From: a virus
Taxonomy: Duplodnaviria; Caudoviricetes
Direction: 5' to 3' (one strand)
Virus record (IMG/VR): IMGVR_UViG_3300017647_000300
Span: 1-45,566 of that record
DNA length: 45,566 bases
The notes under the pieces were generated by a model, which was given only the letters and a program-made list of their open reading frames with translations, made no database searches and was not told the DNA's origin. Positions 17,077 to 26,360 of the stretch are shown in pieces. A program made the position numbers and the translations under genes. Numbering within the stretch: position 1 is the stretch's first letter; every line of letters begins with the position of its first letter.

Positions 17077-17342
17077 TCGATGACCGCCCCGGCGCAGGCC
17101 GCCAGATCCTCGGCTTCCAGATTGTCGGCCTCGTGCTGGGTGATGGGCGGCATGGCAATGCGCGGCAGGATGTCGAGCACGGCGGCGGCGCGGGCGGTCA
17201 TCAACTCCTGAATGGAGAGGCCGCGCAGCTCGCCCGCCTTGGGCTTGCGCAGGGTGATTTCGGTGATCTCGGTTTCGCCGCGCCGGATCGGTTCGGACAG
17301 GGCGATGGGTTTCGACAGCTTGGGAGCGGACTGGTCGGACAT
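17022..17342 (-). CDS. tail assembly chaperone gpE
   Basis: PIRRGETEITEITLRKPKAGELRGLS...DFF. Confidence 0.92.
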   Translation of the reverse strand: MSDQSAPKLSKPIALSEPIRRGETEITEITLRKPKAGELRGLSIQELMTARAAAVLDILPRIAMPPITQHEADNLEAEDLAACAGAVIDFFLTAGDRAAMEKVLTA

Positions 17343-17429
17343 GGTGGGCCTTTCGGGGAGAGCGAGCGGAGGATGGTCCCCGCCCCGGCGCGTCCGCTCG
17401 ATCGCGCGCCGGGGCGAAGCGGGGAAGCG

Positions 17430-17936
17430 TCAGAGGCCGAGGGCGGCACGCTGGGCGGCTAGGATGTCGATGCCGTTGACGATGAAGACGAGGTTCAGCT
17501 CATCCTTTTCGATCAGCACCACGCCATCGACGGTCAGCTTGTAATAGACGCAGGCCGTCTTGATCCCTTCCTCGGTATCGTCGCCGGTCTTGCCGGTGCC
17601 GGGGGAGATTTCCTGATGACGGCCGCGCGTGACGATCTCGACCGATTTATACAGGCCGGTGCTGTCGTCCTGATAGGCGCCGGTCCAGACGAGTTGCACG
17701 CCGTCGAGCCGGGTCGCGCCGAACTGACCGTAAATCTGTTCGATGAAGCCGCCCGCCTTCCATTCGAAGGTGATCGGCTCGCCGCCCAGGTCGATTTGCA
17801 GCTCGCTGTCGAAATTGCCGCGATAGCCCTCGAACTTGCGGGCGAGGGTGGGAATGGTGACTTCCGGCACGAGGCCCAGATAGCTGACGCCATCGTTGCG
17901 CAGGTGCATGTTCTTGAGTTTGCTGGGAATGCCCAT
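17430..17936 (-). CDS. major tail tube protein gpFII
   Basis: MGIPSKLKNM...VEIVTRGRH...YYKLTVDG. Confidence 0.95.
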   Translation of the reverse strand: MGIPSKLKNMHLRNDGVSYLGLVPEVTIPTLARKFEGYRGNFDSELQIDLGGEPITFEWKAGGFIEQIYGQFGATRLDGVQLVWTGAYQDDSTGLYKSVEIVTRGRHQEISPGTGKTGDDTEEGIKTACVYYKLTVDGVVLIEKDELNLVFIVNGIDILAAQRAALGL

Positions 17937-17974
17937 GCTCGGTTACTCCGGTGGGGTTGCGGGGCGGGCGCGGA

Positions 17975-19117
17975 TCAGAGGCTGTCCGCGATCGAGGCGT
18001 AGAAGCGGTCGGTGATGCGCTGGTTGATCGTGATCGATTCCGCCGGCGCGCAGGGCGTGAACCAGAAATCGATGACGATCTTGCCTGCCGCGAGCGCGGA
18101 CGCGGGGTTGGCGGCGGGATCGAACCATGCCTCCGCGCCGACGATCAGCCCCTGCGACTGGAGCGACCGGAAGGCGGCGTTGATCGTCTCGACGATATCC
18201 TTGACGAGGCCACCGGTGATCGGCTTGTCGATCGCCCAGACAAGGCCCTGCGCGATCGTGTCCTGAAGCACCTGCGCGGTGCGGGTGGCGCTTTCGAACG
18301 CAAAGAGCGGCTCATCCGAACAGGTGCGGTTGCCCCAGAAGCGGAAGCCGTCGAGGCGCGCGAGCGTGGTTATGTCGGCATCGTTGAGCAGGCTTGCCGC
18401 CGTTACGTCGCTGGCGAGGATCGAGAAGGGCACGGCCTTGCTGATGCCGGTCACGCCGTTGATCGCGACGTTGGACAGGGTTTTGTGCCATCCCGTCTGC
18501 TGGTCGATCTTGGCGCGCAGGCCCATGGCGCGGGCGATGGCGGAGCCGGTGAAGTCCGTGAAATCGGGCCAGATCAGCATCTGTTCCCGCGCGCTGAAAT
18601 TCGCGCGATAGGTGATGACCTCCGCCACCGTGTCGCCCTGCGCGGCGGTGTAAGCGAAGCCGCGCAGCTTCTGGGCGATGGTGGCAAGGCTGGTGGCGAC
18701 CGCCTGGTTGTCATGGCCCGGCACGCCGAGGATGCGCGGGCGGACGCCGAGCAGCGATTCCGCGCCAAGAAGCGCCTGAAGGCCGGTCAGATCGCCGCCC
18801 GCCGTGGTGGTGCCGATGATATTGGCCTCGGTTTCCTCCTCGTCCGCGCCTTCGGCCACGCGGACGATGACGGCGGGGGCGTTGGCCTGATCGGCGATGG
18901 CCTGAAGCGTCGCGGCGAAATCGCCTTCGCCCGCCTTGCCGACCGCACGCGGCAGGTCATCGATCAAGACAGGCGTGTTGAGCGGGAAGGTTGCCGCGTC
19001 GGCGTCCGCGCCGATGGCGGCGAGGCCGAGGATCGCGGTTGCGACGGGCGCCATGTTGCGGATCCCGCTGGTGATTTCGTTGATCTTGATGCCGTGATAG
19101 ATCGGGGCGGAGGCCAT
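17975..19117 (-). CDS. tail sheath protein gpFI
   Basis: YHGIKINE start, GWHKTLSN, GFRFWGNRTC. Confidence 0.95.
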   Translation of the reverse strand: MASAPIYHGIKINEITSGIRNMAPVATAILGLAAIGADADAATFPLNTPVLIDDLPRAVGKAGEGDFAATLQAIADQANAPAVIVRVAEGADEEETEANIIGTTTAGGDLTGLQALLGAESLLGVRPRILGVPGHDNQAVATSLATIAQKLRGFAYTAAQGDTVAEVITYRANFSAREQMLIWPDFTDFTGSAIARAMGLRAKIDQQTGWHKTLSNVAINGVTGISKAVPFSILASDVTAASLLNDADITTLARLDGFRFWGNRTCSDEPLFAFESATRTAQVLQDTIAQGLVWAIDKPITGGLVKDIVETINAAFRSLQSQGLIVGAEAWFDPAANPASALAAGKIVIDFWFTPCAPAESITINQRITDRFYASIADSL

Positions 19118-19134
19118 GGGTCGATGCCTTTCGG

Positions 19135-19473
19135 TCAGAGAGGGATTTCGAGGGTGAAGCGGTCGTTGGTCGGGATGTCGGTGCGGCGGCCGACCAGCGT
19201 GATCGCGGCGCGACCGGCGGCGGAAACGGCGATGCCGACCCTTTCCAGCGCAATGCGAGGCTCCCAGCGGCGGATGGCCCCGGCGGTGGCGGCGATCCAT
19301 AGCAACTGGCTGCGCGCGTTGAGCGGGGTATCGACCAGTTCGAACAGGCGGGAGCCATATTCCCGGCGCATGACGCAGGAGCCGAGGGGCGTCGTCAGGA
19401 TATCGGCGATCGACTGCGCGATATGCTCCGCGCCGGACAGCGGCTTGCCGGTGGATTTGTGCATGCCGGTCAT
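19135..19473 (-). CDS. baseplate wedge protein gpW (gp25-like)
   Basis: HIAQSIADILTTPLGSCVMRREYGS...RWEPRI. Confidence 0.95.
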   Translation of the reverse strand: MTGMHKSTGKPLSGAEHIAQSIADILTTPLGSCVMRREYGSRLFELVDTPLNARSQLLWIAATAGAIRRWEPRIALERVGIAVSAAGRAAITLVGRRTDIPTNDRFTLEIPL

Positions 19474-19964
19474 CCCACAGGCCCACCCGACTGCCCGCCG
19501 CCGGGCTGGACGCCGCCATGCGGATGAGTTTTCAGGCTGATGCCGCCGCCGATCACGTCTTCGCTGGCGGTGAGGGTGCCGGTGATCGCCACGTTGCCCT
19601 CGATCGCGACGTCGCCGGGCGCGACGATCTGGAGGCCGTCCGGTGTCAGGGTGATGACCAGCCCGGCGGGGCCGTGGATCTGCGGGTTTTCGTCGCTGGC
19701 GGGGGCGGGGCGCGCGTTGGAGAACAGGCCGCGCAGGATGATGCCGCCCGCAATGTCGCCTTCAGGGCAGAGCAGCAATACCTGTTCGCCGACCGAAGGC
19801 GGGACCCATGTGCGGAACGACCCGGCCCATTCGAGCCACGGCAGGTCCGGGGACAGCACGTCCCCGGCCTGCACGGTGGCGGTCGCGCCCGCCAGATCGA
19901 CGGACGCAACGGCGCCGATGCGCAGCAGGTCGCCGATCAGGTCTTGGGTGTCGGTTTCATCCAT
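19470..19964 (-). CDS. baseplate spike gpV
   Basis: WVPPSVGEQVLLLCPEGD; C-terminal HPH iron-binding motif. Start could be 19976. Confidence 0.93.
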   Translation of the reverse strand: MDETDTQDLIGDLLRIGAVASVDLAGATATVQAGDVLSPDLPWLEWAGSFRTWVPPSVGEQVLLLCPEGDIAGGIILRGLFSNARPAPASDENPQIHGPAGLVITLTPDGLQIVAPGDVAIEGNVAITGTLTASEDVIGGGISLKTHPHGGVQPGGGQSGGPVG

Positions 19965-20009
19965 GCGGGCGAGCATCGCCGCGCGCCGCCATGGTTTACA
20001 GCATGGGCC

Positions 20010-20032
20010 TTTGTCGTGTGCGGCACCACAAA
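20010..20032. promoter_or_regulatory. late-promoter palindrome (putative Ogr site) upstream of V
   Basis: TTTGTCGTG-TGCGG-CACCACAAA, one of three copies. Confidence 0.75.
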
Positions 20033-20033
20033 A

Positions 20034-20261
20034 TCAGGCGTCGGGGGACGGCTCCGGCGCATTGGTGATGATGCCCGCTTCGATCTTGGCCGCCACTCCG
20101 CGCCCCACCTCGTCGCAGCGCGCGGCCGTCGCCTTTCTGTCATAGGCGCCGGACGCGGTGAGGCAGGCATTGACCGCGCGCGAGAAGGCCACCCCTGCAT
20201 GTTCGAAGGTGACTGCCACCTGATTGGTGTTCTTGTCGAATTTTCCGATTGTGATTTTCAT
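20034..20261 (-). CDS. 75-aa protein after the tail fibre (possible fibre assembly factor)
   Basis: MKITIGKFD... with an AAGGAG RBS. Confidence 0.65.
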   Translation of the reverse strand: MKITIGKFDKNTNQVAVTFEHAGVAFSRAVNACLTASGAYDRKATAARCDEVGRGVAAKIEAGIITNAPEPSPDA

Positions 20262-20277
20262 GATGACTCCTTGAAGA

Positions 20278-21921
20278 TTAACGGCCAACCGCTCTCCAGT
20301 GAAAGCCGAAGCCCGTATTGCCGGAACTGGTTGCTTGAAAGATCGCTGTAAATGTCGTGAGCGTTGGAGGGGCAGTCTGGGTCCACATATCATTCCAACC
20401 TGCGCCTGAAGGGTTAAGGGCCGTGATCCCGACGCTGATCGAGGCGGCTTCCGTGAATGGTATCGGGAAATCCCGGTAAACGGGGCCTTCGCCGAATGAT
20501 CCCGTGACAACGCCCCATTGTTCAATCACCCCATCCGGCGTCTTGCGCCAATAGCCGTTGGCGTTCGATCCGTTCTCGAAACCGGAGAGCAAGGCGAAAT
20601 CCGATGCATGAAGACCGTCGAGCAGGTCCGCGTCGAGGACGGACCCGGAGCCGTCATTGTCAGGCCCATAGAGATGGTGGCCGTTGCGGCGCATTGTGCT
20701 GCCGTTCACGTCGAGCAGCGCACTGGCGAGGGTGAGATTGGTAATAAGCCAACCGAGATCGGTCGAATCCACGGTAGCGCGCAGCCATCCGCCATCCCAT
20801 CCCAGTTTGACCGCGTTGGCCAACTGTCCGACGCCCGTGCCTTGCTGGACGGGAGTCCATCCCAGCCCCGCAATGATCCGCGCCGCATTGACTACCTGCT
20901 CCGGCGTCATGCCGCGATGCAGATCGGCGTCGACACCCGACCCGGAGCCGTCGACGGTGATCAGCTTCGCCAGCACATCGGCGGCGGTGTAGGCGATGGG
21001 CGCGCCTGCCGTGACCAGCCCTTTCCATGCCGACCAGCTGCCGATGCCGCCGACGAGCGCCGGGCTGCCCGCGCGAACCCAGAGATTGCCGGAAATGGAA
21101 CCGACGATCTGGGTGATCGTGTCGGACGCGCCATGCAGTACCAGCAATTGGCCCCATTCTTCGCCGGGCGGGCCGTTCGTTGGCTGGTTGAAGCGGTAGA
21201 TACCTGAATTAACGACAGTATTCATGTCGCCATTGCCCATGAAGCCGCTGCCGGTGGCAGGCGCATAGCCCAGCCCGCCGACGATGCGAGTTGCATTTAC
21301 TACTTGTTCGGGCGTCAGGCCGCGCAACAGGTCCGCGTCGAGGCCAGACCCGGAGCCGTCAACGGTCAGCAACTTGGCGAGCACATTGGCGGCGGTGTAG
21401 AGCGCGGCCAATGTGCTGGGGGTGACCGCGCGGGCCGGGTCGGTTCCCGCGATCGTTTCCGCGCTCGTCGCCAGCTCCACCACGCCTTGAACTTCGGTCG
21501 TCGCGGGCGGGTTGAGGAAATTGGTGTCGCCGAAGGTCAGCAGGGTGGCGTCGATATCGGCAAAGGTCACATCCACGGCGAGCAGCATCATCGAGGCATC
21601 GGTCTTTGTCAGGATGGGGCTGGCCTGCCCGTAAATGCCGAACAGCGTCCCGTCCTGAAGATAGAGCGCCCAGCTCCGCATGCTGTAGGCGTCCGCCGAC
21701 TGGTCGCGGACGATGAGGTGGATGGTGTCGTCGGCAACGATATCGCCGGACAGGGTTGCGATCCGCTTGACCTCGCCCGGCAGGGTCGTGGCGGCGGGCG
21801 AGGGGACCAGCGCCGCTTCGGACAGGCCGAAATGGCTGATGGTGACGGGTGCGGTGCCGGTATTCGACGCATTGAGCAGCGCGGCGCGGCCCGCATTGGT
21901 AATGATCATCGTCAGGGACAT
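20278..21921 (-). CDS. tail fibre protein (gpH-like)
   Basis: IITNAGRAA N-terminus, ATTEVQGVVELAT, DGSGSGLDADLL repeats, knob-like module, C-terminal GYWRKTPDGVIEQWG. Confidence 0.9.
   Translation of the reverse strand: MSLTMIITNAGRAALLNASNTGTAPVTISHFGLSEAALVPSPAATTLPGEVKRIATLSGDIVADDTIHLIVRDQSADAYSMRSWALYLQDGTLFGIYGQASPILTKTDASMMLLAVDVTFADIDATLLTFGDTNFLNPPATTEVQGVVELATSAETIAGTDPARAVTPSTLAALYTAANVLAKLLTVDGSGSGLDADLLRGLTPEQVVNATRIVGGLGYAPATGSGFMGNGDMNTVVNSGIYRFNQPTNGPPGEEWGQLLVLHGASDTITQIVGSISGNLWVRAGSPALVGGIGSWSAWKGLVTAGAPIAYTAADVLAKLITVDGSGSGVDADLHRGMTPEQVVNAARIIAGLGWTPVQQGTGVGQLANAVKLGWDGGWLRATVDSTDLGWLITNLTLASALLDVNGSTMRRNGHHLYGPDNDGSGSVLDADLLDGLHASDFALLSGFENGSNANGYWRKTPDGVIEQWGVVTGSFGEGPVYRDFPIPFTEAASISVGITALNPSGAGWNDMWTQTAPPTLTTFTAIFQATSSGNTGFGFHWRAVGR
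20851..21400 (-). repeat. two diverged ~140-bp direct repeats inside the tail fibre gene
   Basis: YTAANVLAKLLTVDGSGSGLDADLLRGLTPEQVVNA (~21255-21400) versus YTAADVLAKLITVDGSGSGVDADLHRGMTPEQVVNA (~20851-20992). Confidence 0.9.
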
Positions 21922-21930
21922 GGGCGAACC

Positions 21931-22467
21931 TCAGGCAGAACAGGTAAGGCGGGCGTAAATGACCGGTCGGGCGACCGAGACGAGGCGGATGGCCGCCTCG
22001 GCTTCGAGCGCCAGTGTGAAGGTGAAATGGCGGGAGAGCGGCTTGGTCCGCTCGATCTCGTCTATTACGGCATCGACGAATTCCGGTGTCGGCGCGGCTC
22101 CGTTCTGGGCCGCGATCGACAACACCACCTCGAAGGTGCCGCGCTCGCCGGGTGGCGAGGTTTCCCACCATTCGCGCAGGGCCATGGCCGCGCCGAAACT
22201 GGCGATGGCGCTGCGCACCGCGCCCACGGTGCCCTTGCGCCGCTGAACCTTGATCGCGTTGGCGATCACCGCGCGCCGGGTGGCGAGAGGCCAACTCGCG
22301 TCCCAATTGTCGATCGACAGGGACCATGCCAGCCATGGCAGCAAGCGTTCCTCGCAGGTCGCCGGGTTCCACAGCGCGCGGATCGGCGCGGTGGGGAGGG
22401 GCGGGACGACGCAGGCCGCCTCCAGCCCCTTTTGCAGATCGGAAGCGTTCGGGGGGAGCAGGCTCAT
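21931..22467 (-). CDS. baseplate/tail protein gpI
   Basis: MSLLPPNAS...LWNPATC...LPWLAWSLSID...RKGT. Confidence 0.95.
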   Translation of the reverse strand: MSLLPPNASDLQKGLEAACVVPPLPTAPIRALWNPATCEERLLPWLAWSLSIDNWDASWPLATRRAVIANAIKVQRRKGTVGAVRSAIASFGAAMALREWWETSPPGERGTFEVVLSIAAQNGAAPTPEFVDAVIDEIERTKPLSRHFTFTLALEAEAAIRLVSVARPVIYARLTCSA

Positions 22468-23357
22468 TCCGCGACGCCGCCCCAGTTGATCGTGATGCCG
22501 GTGCAGTTCCCGGCCTGCGTATCGCTCACCGGGATGTCGGCGGCGGGCGAGGCCAGCAGCACATTTTCGACGCCGCCGGGGAAGAGCGCGGCGCAGATCG
22601 CCGCCCGGTTGACGTTGCGGCCGATCCTGCGATTGTCCGCCACCCATTTTTCGACACGGGCGAGGGCTTCCGCCAGCACCACGTCCTTGTCCGGCCCGGC
22701 GAAGGTCGGCAGCGTGGCGACAATCGCATAGTCGATGATTTCCGCGCTGTGGACCGTCACCTGATCGCCGATCGGGCGCACATCCTCGCCCGACAGCGCC
22801 GCCGCCACAGCCCCCAGCAGGGCCGGGGAGGCCGTGCCGTCGCCGGTGCGCGAGAGGACATAGACCTCAACCTCGGTCGGCGCGGGGCTGATCGCGCTGG
22901 CGTCGGCCACGTCCGGGTCTGCCGACAGCGCGTAGAAGATGTATGCGCCGCGCGGCCCGGCCACCGAATAGCCCTCCGGCGCGAGCGTGATGCGGCGGCG
23001 GAAATCATCGTCGCTTTCCATGACGGCGGGGGTTCCCGCCTCCGCGTCCGCCGGGGTGAGCGTCAGGCGGGTGACGCCGACCAGCGCGCCCAGATTGTCG
23101 AGATCGTTTTTCTGCGCATGGGGCAGCATCACCGCCCGCGCCGCGTCATTGACCCGCTGCCGGTCGAGCAGCCGGAAATAGGCGGCGACCTGCAACACAC
23201 GCACCGCCGGATCGCTTTCGATGCTGTCGTCGAAATCCGGGATGAACTGGCGCAGCCGGGCCAGCATCTCCGCATAGATCGTTTCGTAATCGAGCGGTTC
23301 GATCACGTTGGGCGCGGGGATCTGCGACAGGTCGATGGCGGTGAAGGTGGACGGCAT
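22464..23357 (-). CDS. baseplate assembly protein gpJ
   Basis: IDLSQIPAPNVIEPLDYE...SVAGPRGAY...VRPIGDQV. Confidence 0.95.
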   Translation of the reverse strand: MPSTFTAIDLSQIPAPNVIEPLDYETIYAEMLARLRQFIPDFDDSIESDPAVRVLQVAAYFRLLDRQRVNDAARAVMLPHAQKNDLDNLGALVGVTRLTLTPADAEAGTPAVMESDDDFRRRITLAPEGYSVAGPRGAYIFYALSADPDVADASAISPAPTEVEVYVLSRTGDGTASPALLGAVAAALSGEDVRPIGDQVTVHSAEIIDYAIVATLPTFAGPDKDVVLAEALARVEKWVADNRRIGRNVNRAAICAALFPGGVENVLLASPAADIPVSDTQAGNCTGITINWGGVAE

Positions 23358-23401
23358 GGCGCCATCTCATCGCGCGGGCCTCGCCTGCGCGAGCGCCGGC
23401 C

Positions 23402-23424
23402 TTTGTCGTGCGCGGCACCACAAA
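23402..23424. promoter_or_regulatory. late-promoter palindrome (putative Ogr site) between divergent J and holin
   Basis: TTTGTCGTG-CGCGG-CACCACAAA. Confidence 0.75.
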
Positions 23425-23469
23425 GGCGTGCGGGTGATGAAGCCGGGCGGAACCGCAATGCTGCGGGTC

Positions 23470-23814
23470 ATGAGCAAGACTGATTTCGCATTGCTGTGGC
23501 TGGCTTCCGCCCTCGGAGCGCTGACGATGATCGGCGGTCGCATGGGCCTGTTCCTGTTCGGCCTCGCCAAAGACCCGCCGGTCGATCCGGTCGCGCTCGA
23601 TCATTGGCGGCGGCGGCGGCGCTGGCTGGCCTATTCGGAGCTGTCCGCGCTGCCTGCCTGCGCGACGATCGCGCTGACGGTGACGGTCTATTTCAGCCTG
23701 CCGCCGGTCGCCTCGGTCGCGATTTCCATGGCGCTGGGCGCGCTGGGCTTCGCGTTCCTGCTGAACGGCGTCCAGTTCCTTGTCCGGCGCAGGCTGGGGA
23801 TGACCGATGAGTGA
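23470..23814 (+). CDS. putative holin
   Basis: Three hydrophobic segments and a basic C-terminus; first gene of the lysis cassette. Confidence 0.7.
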   Translation: MSKTDFALLWLASALGALTMIGGRMGLFLFGLAKDPPVDPVALDHWRRRRRWLAYSELSALPACATIALTVTVYFSLPPVASVAISMALGALGFAFLLNGVQFLVRRRLGMTDE

Positions 23815-23938
23815 ATGGATGATCCTCGCCGCGCTCGCCAGCCTGCTTGCCACGGCGGCGATCTTTCTCCGCGCCGCCCGCCACGCGGCGGATTTCGAAA
23901 AATGCCGCCACGAAAGGAACCAAGCGGATGAGTGTTAG
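23807..23938 (+). CDS. 43-aa single-TM protein in the lysis cassette; not in the ORF track
   Basis: Own translation MSEWMILAALASLLATAAIFLRAARHAADFEKCRHERNQADEC; overlaps both neighbours. Confidence 0.55.
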   Translation: MSEWMILAALASLLATAAIFLRAARHAADFEKCRHERNQADEC

Positions 23939-24386
23939 GCTTTCGGCCAATTTCAGCCTTGCGGAATTCACCCGGTCGGCCACCGCCGAGACGCGGCGCA
24001 TCGACAACACCCCCAATGCCGCGCAGATCGAGGCGATGAAGCGCCTGTGCGCGAAGGTGCTGGAGCCGGTGCGCGCGCATTTCGGCCGTCCGGTGCGGAT
24101 CACATCCGGCTTTCGCACGCCCGCGCTGTGCGTGGCGGTGGGGTCATCGGTCGGCAGTCAGCACGCGCTGGGCGAGGCGGCCGATTTCGAGATCGCGGGT
24201 GTCGACAATGTGACGGTCGCCCGGTGGATCCGCGACACGCTGCCGTTCGACCAGCTCATTCTGGAAAATTATGTGCAGGGCCAACCCAATAGCGGGTGGA
24301 TCCATTGCAGCTATCGCGAGGGGCGGTTGCGCAAGGACGTGCTGACCTATTCGCGGCGGACCTATTTCAAGGGGCTGCTGGCATGA
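23928..24386 (+). CDS. endolysin, peptidase M15 family
   Basis: LSANFSLAEF, ITSGFR, SQHALGEAADF and WIHCS zinc-peptidase motifs. Confidence 0.92.
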   Translation: MSVRLSANFSLAEFTRSATAETRRIDNTPNAAQIEAMKRLCAKVLEPVRAHFGRPVRITSGFRTPALCVAVGSSVGSQHALGEAADFEIAGVDNVTVARWIRDTLPFDQLILENYVQGQPNSGWIHCSYREGRLRKDVLTYSRRTYFKGLLA

Positions 24387-24778
24387 GCCTCGCTCTTGCC
24401 GGATATGCCGGGGCGGGCGCGCTGGCGCTGGCCGCGCTCGCCGGGCTGGGCGGCTATGCCCATGGCGTCGATGTCGGGAGCCAGCGCGAGCGTGCCGCGA
24501 CCTTCGAGCAGGTCAACAAGGCCAATGAGGCGCGCGACCGCCTGCGCGTCCAGATCGAGCAGGCGGCCATCCGGCACATGGAAGCCGACCAGAGCCGCCA
24601 GTCCACCCAAAGGGAGATCGTCCGTGAGAGCGTCAAAATCGTTGACCGTCCTGTCTATCGCAATGTGTGCATTGACGGCGACGGGGTGCGCCTCCTCGAC
24701 CGCGCTGCCAACGGGGCCAATGGCGACGATCCCGCCGCATCTGCTGGTGACGCCGGAGAAGCTGCCGAAGGCCGATAG
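24383..24778 (+). CDS. i-spanin (Rz-like)
   Basis: N-terminal TM helix, coiled coil, IVDRPVYRNVCID. Confidence 0.8.
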   Translation: MSLALAGYAGAGALALAALAGLGGYAHGVDVGSQRERAATFEQVNKANEARDRLRVQIEQAAIRHMEADQSRQSTQREIVRESVKIVDRPVYRNVCIDGDGVRLLDRAANGANGDDPAASAGDAGEAAEGR

Positions 24779-24935
24779 ATCGACCGGCGAAGACGGCACG
24801 GTCAGCATGACCGGCGCGCAGGCGCTGGGCGGCGGCCTTTCCCTTTATGGCGTGTGCGGGGATATCCGCAGCGCCCTCATCCAGTTGCAGGAGGCGGTGC
24901 GCTCGATCCGCACCGCCGAACAGGAGACAAAGTGA
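24624..24935 (+). CDS. o-spanin (Rz1-like lipoprotein)
   Basis: Overlaps Rz in another frame; GTG start, lipobox ATGC, Pro-rich, second Cys. Confidence 0.75.
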   Translation: MRASKSLTVLSIAMCALTATGCASSTALPTGPMATIPPHLLVTPEKLPKADRSTGEDGTVSMTGAQALGGGLSLYGVCGDIRSALIQLQEAVRSIRTAEQETK

Positions 24936-25210
24936 TGGCGACCACCACCCTGCGCCACACGGCCACGGTCGGCGCGGACTATAGCGACCTGACCCTTTCC
25001 ATTCCGGGCGCGGCGGGCAAGCCCGGCTTCGTGAAGCATCTGGGCGGGGCAGACGTTGAACTGGTATCCGGCGGCGACGTGATGCCGACCGCCGCCGTGC
25101 GAGGAATACCAATACGCGCGGGCGGTGAGGAGTGGACCGAAGCGGCGCACATCTGGGCACGTTGTTCCCATGGCGGCGCGGCGACCCTCGGTTTCAACGT
25201 GGTGGAGTGA
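24935..25210 (+). CDS. hypothetical protein
   Basis: MATTTL start after AGGAG; TGATG overlap. Confidence 0.65.
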   Translation: MATTTLRHTATVGADYSDLTLSIPGAAGKPGFVKHLGGADVELVSGGDVMPTAAVRGIPIRAGGEEWTEAAHIWARCSHGGAATLGFNVVE

Positions 25211-25215
25211 CGAAG

Positions 25216-26346
25216 ATGGGCGGCATTCCTCCTTTCATCAAAAGCGCAGCCGATCGATGGGCGACCGGGATCGGGCTGCCGACGCTGAGCAAGAAGAGCG
25301 TGAAGCCCAAGAAAATACTCTTCCACGGCAACAGCATCGGAGTTGGATACAACGCAGCTTTCCCCAGCGGTAATGCGGGCGGTTGGGCGAATAGCCCGGT
25401 TTCCGCGATGAAGCGCGCGCTGATCGGTGCGGGCTATCAAGTGCAGGACGATTTTTTTCAGGGCACCATGGGCTACACCACCGCCGCGTCATTCGCATCG
25501 TTCGATACCCGCGTGGCGATCGGCGCGAGCTGGGAATTCAATGCGATCGTCGCCGCGAATTACGGGACTTTGCGCAACTCTGCGACGCAAAGCACTTGCA
25601 CGTTCACGCCCACCACGCCCTGCGACAGCGCCACGCTGATCTTCCGATCGCATGCGCTTGTGGGGCTGGCGCAGGCGACGCTTGGCGGGATCACCAAGAC
25701 GCTCGACATTCCGGCGACCTATGGCTTCTATCGCATCGATCTGGGTCCATCCGATGGCGTGGTGCTTGGCAATAACGCCTTGCAGTGGAACCGCCGGGCG
25801 AGCGGCGGAACGGTGGATCTGGCGGCGGTGCGGTGCTGGAACAGCAAGCTGCCGTCCTTCCAGTTGCTCAACTGCTCGGCGTCCGGTGCGCGGGCGCAGC
25901 ATATCGCCAACGCTCAGGATGCCGGGCGGTCCCTTTATTTTCCGGAACAGGTTCTGTCTGCGGGTGACGAAGCATGGTGGATGACGGTAGCGAACGACTG
26001 GCGCGCGAATGCGCTGCCAGCCATGAGCGAGTTCCGCGCATTCGTCGATGCGTGGGTGCAGCGCCGTCTCGATAACGGGATCGTCCCTCGCATCATCGTA
26101 GACCCCCGGACATCTCTGGAAGCGGGTACAGCAACCGTTGCCGACATGGACGCCTACACCGCGACCCTTCAGGAGGTCGCCGCCGCAAAGGGCGTCAAAT
26201 ATTACGAGATGAAAGCGCGGTGGGGCGAATTCGCCGAGGCGAGCGCTGCGGGTCTGATGGTCGGCGGCACCGATTATTTCCATCCCAATTGGGCCGGTGC
26301 GCAGGATCTGGGGCTGTTCATGGCTCAAATCGCTCTATCCGCTTGA
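25216..26346 (+). CDS. SGNH/GDSL hydrolase (acetylesterase-like) with an inserted beta domain
   Basis: Block I LFHGNSI, block II SASGA, block III VAND, block V DYFHPN. Confidence 0.8.
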   Translation: MGGIPPFIKSAADRWATGIGLPTLSKKSVKPKKILFHGNSIGVGYNAAFPSGNAGGWANSPVSAMKRALIGAGYQVQDDFFQGTMGYTTAASFASFDTRVAIGASWEFNAIVAANYGTLRNSATQSTCTFTPTTPCDSATLIFRSHALVGLAQATLGGITKTLDIPATYGFYRIDLGPSDGVVLGNNALQWNRRASGGTVDLAAVRCWNSKLPSFQLLNCSASGARAQHIANAQDAGRSLYFPEQVLSAGDEAWWMTVANDWRANALPAMSEFRAFVDAWVQRRLDNGIVPRIIVDPRTSLEAGTATVADMDAYTATLQEVAAAKGVKYYEMKARWGEFAEASAAGLMVGGTDYFHPNWAGAQDLGLFMAQIALSA

Positions 26347-26360
26347 CAGGAGGAACTTTT

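Noticed and set aside
23458-23472. Lambda S-type dual-start holin (MLRVMSK)
   Set aside because: The same upstream ATG element recurs before V, J and P, which fits a shared promoter element better.
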